From the NCBI GenBank assembly GCA_964016885.1, contig CAXHJY010001749.1:1-29827 (forward strand): DNA of 29,827 nt, read 5' to 3'. The notes beneath the pieces were generated by a model. The model was not told the DNA's origin, did no database searches, and saw only the letters and a program-made list of their open reading frames with translations. Position 1 is the stretch's first letter, and each line of letters opens with the position of its first letter. The position numbers were made by a program, and so were the translations under genes. Source of the stretch: Eledone cirrhosa. Taxonomy: Eukaryota. This document shows, piece after piece, positions 1 through 13,051 of the stretch.

Positions 1-928
1 TCCACCACCAAGTCACTCTCCTCCTGCTTGAGGTCTTACTCCAGCCACAAACCTCATCCGTCGCCTCTAGTAAGTTATTTTTTAGGAACTCCCAGTTCTC
101 TTCTACGTTAAATGTCTCTATCTGTTCTTCTTTACTGTCGTAGGCGTTGAGTAAAATATCTTTAAATCTGTTACTGGTTGAGGGGACTTTCAGCTTCCAG
201 ATCTTTCTTCTCCAGGTTGGCCTCTGTTTCAGGGCTCGTCTAGTTCTGACCGTGAGGTCGCTGACAACTAAGCTATGTTGGGATGTACATTCCTCACTAG
301 GGAAGGCTTTTGTGTTTACGACCGTCCATCTGTCACGTCCTCTGATGAGGATAAAATCTAACTGACTAGAGTGCTCCCCTGATCTATAGGTGATCAGGTG
401 GTTGTCGGGTTTTTTAAAGTTTGTGTTACATATCGACATGTCATTGGCGTCGCAGAATTCTAGAAGTCTGAATCCTTCCTCATTCCTTGTGCCAACTCCA
501 TGGCCTCCATGTACTCTATTGAAGCCGTCGCAGTGTTTACCTACGTGTCCGTTAAAATCTCCTGCAATGATTAGGAAGTCCTTGTCGTCTGTTAGAGCAG
601 TAGTGTGTATTAGGGACTCGTAAAACCTATCCTTAAGTTCGTCTGGCAGCCCCGATTGGGGGTGCGTAAGCTGATATTATTGTGGTAATTGTCTTATTCA
701 GACTAGTCTGAGTTTAATGATTCTTGCATTTACCCTGTACACTGAGATTACTTTATCTACCCACTTGTCAGCTAATAGTATACCTACACCACCCATCCCA
801 TCGTCATTTCCACCCAGAAAAATTTGTAGCACTGCTTTTTCCTACAAGGACTCTAGCAGACCCTCCTCTCATCTAGTCTCTTGCACACAGCATACATCAA
901 CTTCCTTTCGCTCTAGCATTTCTACGAT
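1..928 (-). mobile_element. RTE-clade LINE fragment (APE endonuclease region, degraded; different subfamily from the other RTE copies)
   Basis: Minus-strand translation gives [18 protein letters not shown] followed by a stop where the copy at 19751-23185 has W. Further collinear motifs include ISAYAP, IIAGDFNGHVG, NTNFKK and W-W-W. The nucleotide sequence is clearly diverged from that copy. The fragment runs off the window start. Confidence 0.88.
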
Positions 929-1148
<220 letters not shown>

Positions 1149-1318
1149 TATGTTGATTTAAAACTGCACTATCCACAAGTGTTTTTTTAGCCTTCATATC
1201 ATGTTCTCCTGTTTTATCTGATGAAAACACAAATATTATTGCATGATGATGTTTGTTTTTGAAATGCGCATAATAAAATACATGGAACTCCTTTAACCAT
1301 CTTTTGATCTTATATTAT
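1149..1318 (+). mobile_element. Stand-alone ~170-bp hammerhead-bearing module (PLE terminal/pLTR fragment)
   Basis: Near-identical to 17078-17245 and to the reverse complement of about 6680-6826. Flanked on both sides by TA repeats. Confidence 0.8.
1203..1288 (+). ncRNA. Type I hammerhead ribozyme (family 1)
   Basis: Stem I TTTTAT/ATAAAA with outer GTTC/GAAC; CTGATGA at 1218-1224; long stem II; GAAA at 1261-1264; palindromic helix III TGCGCA; UA cleavage site predicted after 1272. Confidence 0.85.
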
Positions 1319-1346
1319 ATATATACATATATATATATATACATAC

Positions 1347-1381
<35 letters not shown>

Positions 1382-1386
1382 CATAT

Positions 1387-1477
<91 letters not shown>

Positions 1478-1505
1478 TTTATATACATATATATATACAT
1501 ATATA

Positions 1506-4161
1506 TAATTAGCGACCTCATAGTCAGGACGAGACGTACTCGACAGCAGAAGAGGACTATCCTCAGGAGAAAAATATGGAAGCTAAAGGACCCCACAGCC
1601 AAAAATAAATTTCAAAACATATTACTTGATGTTTTCGACAGTAAGGAAGAACATTTAGAGTCGGACAATATAGAGGGACAGTGGGAATTTCTGAAAGCAA
1701 ACCTGCTGTTGGCGACAGACGAAGTCTGTGGCTGGAGCAGGCCTGTAGGCAGGAGGAGAGTAACATGGTGGTGGAACAGTAAGGTGGAGGGGTCAATTAA
1801 GGCCAAAAAGCAGGCTTGGAAAGTATGCGGGATGGGGGAAGTAGAGTAGACTATCAAGTGGCCAGGAGGGAAGCTAGGAGAGAAGTGTACTTAGCAAGAA
1901 GGGAAGCTGAGGAAAGAAAGTTCAAGCATGTCCTACAACGCGATGACCAAAAACGTGAGGTGTTCAGGATTGCTAGGCAATGCGTCAGGAAAAACCGTGA
2001 TATTGTCGGGGAGAAGTGTGTACTTAACGATGATGGCATACTTGCCATCACCGACACTGATAAGAAGGTAGCTGGAAGTGTCACTATGAAAGGCTACTAA
2101 ATGAGGAGAATAAATGGGAGAAAGACAGTCTCCCCATATCGACCCAATAGAGGGACCAGCAGTGTTAGTCGAGGGGAGTATAATAAGTAAGGCAATCAAG
2201 GATATGAAGACAGGTAAGGTGGCTGGGCCTTCGGAAATAGTTGCTGAGATGCTGAAGGCATCTGGCACGGTGGGACACACCATGGTCACTCGCATAGTTA
2301 ACCATGTCGTACAGAATGGGGTTGTCCGAAGGACTGGCATAGCAGCATCATCGTTAACTGTTATAAGGGTAAAGGAGACGCCCTAGATAGGAGTAACTAT
2401 AGAGCATTAAATTAATCGACCAGGTCATGAAGGTCACGGAAAAAGTAATAGCGCAACTAATCAGAGAGAGAATTGACCTAGATGAAATGCAGTTCGGGTT
2501 TGTGTCAGGCAAAAGTACACAGACGCTCTTTTCATAGTACGACAACTACAGGAGAAGTTCCTAGCTAAAGGTAAACCCCTCTACTTAGCTTTTGTCGACT
2601 TGGAGAAAGCCTTCGACAGAGTCCCCCGCTCCATTATCTGGTGGGCTCTTAGAAAACTAGGCGTTGACGAATGGCTTGTGAGGGCTATACAAGCCATGTA
2701 TAAAGAAACAGTCAGCAAGGTTAGAATTAACAACGAATATAGTGAAGAGTTTAGCGTAAAAGTTGGCGTCCATCAGGGCTCTGTTCTCAGCCCCCCTACT
2801 ATTTATTATTGCCCTTCAGGCTATAACAGAGGAGTTCAAGACAGGCTGCCCATGGGAACTCCTATACGCAGACGACCTGACACTCATAGCGGAATCAATG
2901 GCCGAGCTAGAGAAGAAATTCCAAACATGGAAGCACGGCCTAGAGTCAAAAGGACTTAAAATTAACCTGGCTAAGACCAAAGTTCTAGTTTGTAGGAAAG
3001 AAAACAAGGCGGCGGTCCCTTCTGGGAAATGGTCGTGCTCGGTGTATAGGAAAGGCGTAGGTAGAAACTCCATTTTATGTCCTAAATGCAAAGTATGGGT
3101 GCATAAAAGATGTAGTGGGATCACAGGTAAGCTAACTAAGAACATAGATTTTACATGTGGCCGGTGTTCTGGTGCAATAAGTAGCAGCAAAGTGCCCACA
3201 AAATACTAGCTCTTTCAATTGCGCAGAGGGTTCTATAGAAATAGTGGACAGCTTCCGTTACCTGGGCGATAAAATCAGCAGTGGGGGAGGGTGCTGAAAG
3301 TACTGTAGCTAGAGTCAGAACTGGTTGGAAAAAGTTCAGAGAGCTTATACCACTATTAGCTGCTAAAGGGTTCTCCCTAAAAATGAAAGGCAGGTTGTAC
3401 GATGCCTGCATACGAACAGCAATGTTGCATGGCAGTGAGACCTGGGTATTGTGTGCAGAGGATATACGCAGACTAGAGAGGAACGAAGCTTGCATGCTCC
3501 GCTGGATGTGTAACAGTAATATACGTGAACGGCAAAGCATAAACGAACTAAGGAAAAATTAGAGATAAGAGGGATCAGATGTTGTTTACTCGAGAGAAGG
3601 CTACGTTGGTATGGACACGTGATGCGCATGAAAGTCGATAGCTGTATAACAAAGTGCAGGGCAATAAAGATAGACGGTAGCCACGAATAGGCAGACCTAG
3701 AAAAACCTGGGACGAGCTGATAAACTCCGACCCTCACACACTTACACCTCTCCAAGACAATGTCACTGGACCGAGACCTTTGGCGGGTACTCAGTAACAG
3801 AGAAGACCCGCCTTGCCAGTAGGCATCTCTAACAAAATACACCCCGTCCCGCACCACCCCCACCCATCCACACCACCCCGTCCTATGTAAAGTTATGTTG
3901 GTGCCGCGCCATCCAGGCCGAAACAATGAGATCGTGTAGGTGTCACGACAAAAAAACACACAGTCCACGCTGTAATGTGGCCGTGTAGGCAACACGGTAA
4001 AAACCTCCCAGACCACACTGTAAATGTGGTTGGTGTTAGGAAGGGCATCCAACTGTAGAAAACCTGCCAGACAGTCCTATGCGAGCAAGACAATCACTCT
4101 GCCTCAAGTGGGACTACCCCCGTCCAAACCCATGCAAGCGTGGAACACGGGCGTTAAACGT

Positions 4162-4201
<40 letters not shown>
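1506..4201 (+). mobile_element. 5'-truncated RTE-clade LINE with frameshifted RT, 3' UTR and (GAT)n tail
   Basis: ORF pieces carry RT motifs (EKAFDRVPR, GVHQGSVLSP, LLYADDL) and a Cys-rich insert. Highly similar to the reverse complement of 19352-22066. The (GAT)n tail is at about 4163-4201. Confidence 0.93.
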
Positions 4202-5053
<852 letters not shown>

Positions 5054-5354
5054 ATGTAAGTATGTATGTATACATACATACATATATGTATACAGACGTA
5101 CAGTAGCATGCATATATATATATACACATATATATATATATATATATACATATATGCACACCGGTACACATACATATATGCACGCATCAGTTTAGCCGAC
5201 GTTTATTATAACGCAGCTTTGTTCGTTTGTTTGTCAACATAAATTCAGGCTGTTCGGTTTGTTGACAAACAAACGAACAAAGCTGCGTTATAATAAACGT
5301 CGGCTAAACTGATGCGTGCATATATGTATGTGTACCTGTGTGCATATATGTATA

Positions 5355-5393
<39 letters not shown>

Positions 5394-5852
5394 ATATATA
5401 TATGCATGCTACTGTACGTCTGTATACATATATGTATGTACGTATACATACATACTTACATTTAAGTAAGTGCCATACTAAGAGTGAGAAATGAAATTTC
5501 GTTTCATTTTTTTCAACTTATCGTTTTCGGTATGCCTGAACCGATTAACTCACTCAATATGCAAATTAGGCTGCTCAGCCGTTAATTTTCATAAGGAAAG
5601 TATATACTTTCGAACGTTCAACTATCTGGCAGATGGGTAAACGGTGCTGATGATAGCTAACAAGCTTGAAACTAGTACATCGTTCCTGTGTCAGTGTTGA
5701 ACAAAAAGGTGACGTGGTTGCTTAAAACCGTATGGCATAAATTCAGGCTGTTCTGTTTGTTGACAAACAAACGAACAAAGCTGCGATATAATAAACGTCG
5801 GCTAAACTGATGCGTGCATATATGTATGTGTACCTGTGTGCATATATGTATA

Positions 5853-5889
<37 letters not shown>

Positions 5890-6017
5890 ATATATATATG
5901 CATGCTACTGTACGTCTGTATACATATATGTATGTACGTATACATACACACTTACATTTAAGTAAGTGCCATACTAAGAGTGAGAAATGAAATTTCATTT
6001 TCATTTTTTTCAACTTA
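5054..6017 (+). mobile_element. Non-coding retrozyme-like / non-autonomous PLE-type element: ~498-bp unit x1.6 with inverted 5' segment
   Basis: CATAAATTCAGGCTGTTC starts at both 5238 and 5736 (period 498). 5054-5239 is an inverted copy of 5260-5461. The unit contains a hammerhead at 5640-5684. Confidence 0.72.
5640..5684 (+). ncRNA. Minimal type I hammerhead ribozyme (family 2)
   Basis: AACGGTG-CTGATGA-T-AGC-TAACAA-GCT-T-GAAA-CTAG-TA-CATCGTT. It has a 7-bp stem I, core boxes at 5647-5653 and 5668-5671, palindromic helix III (ACTAGT), and predicted cleavage after 5677. Confidence 0.85.
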
Positions 6018-6128
6018 CATATATATACATATACATATATATACATATATATACATATATATACATATATATATACATATACATACATATATATACATAT
6101 ATATATATATACATATACATATATATAC

Positions 6129-6163
<35 letters not shown>

Positions 6164-6315
6164 CATATATATACATATACATATATATATATACATACAT
6201 ATATATATATATATATACATATATATACATATATATATATACATACATATATATATATATATATACATATATATACATATATATATATACATACATATAT
6301 ATATATATATTATAC

Positions 6316-6361
<46 letters not shown>

Positions 6362-6523
6362 ACATATATATATATATACATATATATACATATATATATA
6401 TACATATATATACATATATATATATACATATATATACATATATATATATACATATATATATATATACATATATATATATACATATATATATATACATATA
6501 TATATATACATATATATATATAC

Positions 6524-6568
<45 letters not shown>

Positions 6569-6589
6569 CATATATATATATATACATAT
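6018..6589. repeat. (TA)n/(TACA)n microsatellite
   Basis: Directly visible. Confidence 0.95.
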
Positions 6590-6883
6590 ATGTAGGAGGT
6601 GAGTTTTATTGTAGTACAATAAAGCAATGCAGATATCGGATAAGAAGCACTCTACAGTTTGTAGGACTGGAGTATACATAATATATAAGAACAAAAGATG
6701 TTAAAAGAGTTCCATGTATTTTATTATGCGCATTTCAAAAACAAATATCATCATGCAATAATATTTGTGTTTTCATCAGATAAAACAGGAAGACATGATA
6801 TGAAGGTTAAAAAACACTTGTGGATATGTTGATTTAAAACTGCACTATCCACAAGTGTTTTTTAACCTTCATATCATGTCTCC

Positions 6884-6884
<1 letters not shown>
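6590..6884 (-). mobile_element. Hammerhead module (family 1) with extra 3' sequence and a 5' inverted segment
   Basis: Reverse complement of the 1149-1318 module plus about 90 bp of additional downstream sequence containing AATAAA. Arms 6787-6826 and 6846-6884 are inverted repeats. Confidence 0.78.
6709..6794 (-). ncRNA. Type I hammerhead ribozyme (family 1)
   Basis: Minus-strand CTGATGA (plus TCATCAG 6773-6779), GAAA (6736-6733), TGCGCA-TA and stem I TTTTAT/ATAAAA. A stem II G-U pair of the other two copies is A-U here. Confidence 0.85.
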
Positions 6885-6936
<52 letters not shown>

Positions 6937-7097
6937 ACATATATATATACATATATATTCATACATATATATATACATATATATACATATATATATACAT
7001 ATATATATATATACATATATATACATATATATATACATACATATATATACATATATATACATATATATATATATATACATATATATACATATATATA

Positions 7098-7671
7098 TGT
7101 ATAACAAAGTGCAGGGCAATAAAGATAGACGGTAGTCACGGAATAGGCAGACCTAGAAAAACCTGGGACGAGCTGATAAACTCCGACATCACACACTTAC
7201 ACCTCTCCAAGACAATGTCACTGGACCGAGACCTTTGGCGGTACTCAGTAACAGAGAAGACCCGCCTTACCTAAATATATAGTAAAACCTACTCCAGCCA
7301 GTAGGCATCTCTAACAAAATACACCCCGTCCCACCACCCCCACCCGATCCACACCACCCCGTTCTATGTAAAGTTATGTTGGTGCCGCGCCATCGAGGCC
7401 GAAACAAATGAGATCGTGTAGGTGTCACGACAAAAAAAACACACAGTCCACGCTGTAATGTGGCCGTGTAGGCAACACGGTAAAAACCTCCCAGACCCAC
7501 ACTGTAAATGTGGTTGGTGTTAGGAAGGGCCTCCAACTGTAGAAAACCTGCCAGACAGTCCTATGCGAGCAAGACAATCACTCTTGCCTCAAGTGGGACT
7601 ACCCCCGTCCAAACCCATGCAAGCGTGGAACACGGACGTTAAACGTTGATGATGATGATGATGATGATGAT
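7098..7671 (+). mobile_element. 3' fragment of RTE LINE (ORF C-terminus, 3' UTR, (GAT)n tail)
   Basis: Encodes [23 protein letters not shown]...TEKTRLT*. Nearly identical to the reverse complement of 19352-19925. Confidence 0.93.
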
Positions 7672-10618
<2,947 letters not shown>

Positions 10619-10983
10619 GGAGGCACATGGAGGCACATGGAGGCACATGGCTTAGTGGTTAGAGCATTGGGCTTGCAATCGAAAGGTTGTGAGTTCAATT
10701 CTCAGACCGGGTGATGTGTTGTTTCCTTGAGCAAGACACTTTATTTCACATTGCTCCAGTTTACTCAGCTGTAGAAATGAGATGATAGGGGCTGGGGTCC
10801 CTATCATTCCACTGCAAGTGGTCGTGGAGGTGCCACGGCAAAAAAGCACCCAGCACTCACTGTAAATGAGGTTGGTGTTAGGAAGGGCATCCAGCTGTAG
10901 AAAATCAAGCCAGCATCAGTTCCCGTCCCACCCTTGCAAGCAGGGAAAAAGCGGACGTAAAATGAAATGATGATGATGATGAT
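10619..10983 (+). mobile_element. tRNA-derived SINE with RTE-like 3' tail
   Basis: A-box TGGCTTAGTGG at 10648-10658 and B-box GTTCAATTC at 10693-10701. Central CCTTGAGCAAGACAC motif. The 3' part is homologous to the RTE 3' UTR and ends in (GAT)n. A second copy lies at 29343-29663. Confidence 0.88.
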
Positions 10984-11569
10984 ATATATATATAGCGGCG
11001 ATGAATTAGTTTTGCGAGGTTTTTTATATGAAATCGTGTGTCGAAACAGATATTGTTATATTTGGGGAGGGTCATATTTGCGTAATATTGCCAGAATTAA
11101 TAACAGAACACACTCACTGTTTGGTTGGTTTTCGCTTCTCGCTGTCTTTATATATATATATCTGCGATCTAACTTACTCGGTCCTCAATGTTGCCATTGA
11201 CTGACCGGCGGTCAAAAATAATACAGATACAATATAGACAAACACATATATATATAGTTTACATAATTTACATAAATCTTTCGTTGCACATCTGCAACAT
11301 AGTGGTGTTATATTCATTGTTCCTCCTGTTGTGTTGTATGTCTACGCCATTTTTTTTTTGTTCAGTCTGTCTATATATTTATTTATTTATTTGCTTGTTT
11401 GTTTATCTTATTTTATTTTGTCTTCTTTGCGCATGCGTTTGTGTATAGTGTATGTGTGATGTGTGACTAGTGTGTATAGTGTTGTGTCTGCTGGGTGACT
11501 AGTGTGTGTTTATGTGCTTGTGTATGTATTTATTTATCTTATTTTATTTTATTTTATTTACTTATTTAT

Positions 11570-13051
11570 TTATACTTCTCTTAGGTCAGTGTTGTTTGTT
11601 TGGGTGTTGTTGTTGTTCCACTCATTCTTTCTGTTTAGCTTTGGTCTTCTAATTTCTATTTCACTGGCCTCTCTGATTTGCCTATCTGCTGGGTCATTCC
11701 TATGTTTAGATATTATTCTAATTTCTATGTTGTCTATGTTACCGTCATGTTGTTGTCTAGCATGTTCGTATAGTACTGACCCGTTTTTTCGTCCTTTTAG
11801 TTCCCCCCAGTGTTGGTCTATCCTTTCACCTATGCTACGAGCTGTCTCACCTATGTATGTTGTTGTCGTGTTTCTGCAAGTACCCTCTGTACATCTTATG
11901 CTATAGACTACGTTTCTAGTTTTACAGTTTATCCGGGGGTTCACCTTACATATGATACATTTCCTATTGGTACAGTGGGTTTTCTTAAAAGGGTAGGTTT
12001 TGCTGATCAGGGATTTTATGGTGGTTCCTGGCTTTTCTACCACCTTTATTTTTAAGTGGGTCTTTCTCAGGGCCTTTCTACACTGGTTAGCTAATTTCCC
12101 TCCAGGGGTGGCGTCCACAAACATGACACTCTGATATCTCTGGTTGTCGTACCATGATGTGGCCTTCCCTATCTTATGTCTAGCCCTATCTAAGCTATTC
12201 CATGATTTGCTCCTGTATAGTGGGCAAATTCCTTTCATGTCCAGTTCTATGAGGGTCTTATACTTTTCCATGGCTCCTTCGTATACTCTGACTCTGTCTC
12301 TTTGGTTGTAGCCAGAGAACTGCATGCGGTTGATGAAGTGTTGGATGTGTCCTTCCATTTCTGTTGGGTCGCACATGCTGGACACATTCTTCATCACTCG
12401 TACCAAATCTGCGATCAGAATATTAAACTTAGCACTACTGGACATTGCTGAGTTTTTGAGTATCAGGTATTTGGAGGCCATGGGTTTAGCATAGTGTGAG
12501 TGGAGAATTTGGGCTCTCTCGTCTATAGTGTTAATCCAGAGTTCTGTGTCTAATACAGGTAGTCTATTGTTAGGGTGTTTGGAAGGGAAGTCTATAGTTA
12601 CAGTTATACTCTGGTGTATGGAATTAGCTATCTGCTGGATGCTTTCCATCGTGCTACGTTCTAAATCAAACTTGTTAGTGCTCTCTAGTGGGGGTGTTCT
12701 TATAACTATATTGATATCGTCTACATAACGAGAGTACATGATGAGGTCTATGGAGCATTCATTAAGGAGATCTTTAAGTCTCCTTTCCCACCATACCATG
12801 AAAAGGTTGGCAACATCACCAGCTATGCTGACGCCGATGGCTGCTCCCTCATTTTGGGTGTAGATTTTCTCATTGAACTTAAATATGTGGCCCTTTAGGG
12901 TAGTTTTGATACTAGCCCCTATTGCATGTGCGACCATTTTTCTTACCTGATCAGTGTTTTGGGGGGTCCGTATAGCTTTGGTCCACCCAATCCACTTTCC
13001 TATGGGAGTCTTTTTAGCCATTGAGGTTATGGTGGGGGGTCTACCTCTCAT
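11570..13051 (-). CDS. PLE reverse transcriptase C-terminal half + GIY-YIG endonuclease (partial ORF)
   Basis: QNEGAAIG (RT motif B'), YSRYVDD (motif C), LPVLD, HYAKP, and a Cys-rich linker CTNRKCIIC. The endonuclease reads NVVYSIRC-x4-C...YIGET...R...H...EHARQQH...E...LN, i.e. GIY-YIG with CCHH residues. Confidence 0.9.
   Translation of the reverse strand: MRGRPPTITSMAKKTPIGKWIGWTKAIRTPQNTDQVRKMVAHAIGASIKTTLKGHIFKFNEKIYTQNEGAAIGVSIAGDVANLFMVWWERRLKDLLNECSIDLIMYSRYVDDINIVIRTPPLESTNKFDLERSTMESIQQIANSIHQSITVTIDFPSKHPNNRLPVLDTELWINTIDERAQILHSHYAKPMASKYLILKNSAMSSSAKFNILIADLVRVMKNVSSMCDPTEMEGHIQHFINRMQFSGYNQRDRVRVYEGAMEKYKTLIELDMKGICPLYRSKSWNSLDRARHKIGKATSWYDNQRYQSVMFVDATPGGKLANQCRKALRKTHLKIKVVEKPGTTIKSLISKTYPFKKTHCTNRKCIICKVNPRINCKTRNVVYSIRCTEGTCRNTTTTYIGETARSIGERIDQHWGELKGRKNGSVLYEHARQQHDGNIDNIEIRIISKHRNDPADRQIREASEIEIRRPKLNRKNEWNNNNTQTNNTDLREV

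Noticed and set aside
10640-10712. Possible tRNA gene
   Set aside because: A and B boxes are present but the acceptor and anticodon stems do not pair properly, and the sequence continues into a SINE body with a LINE-like tail.
10995-11569. Hammerhead or SECIS in the 3' region of the Naiad-like PLE
   Set aside because: No CTGANGA...GAAA with closing stems was found by eye on either strand. The ORF halves have no in-frame TGA that would call for selenocysteine recoding.
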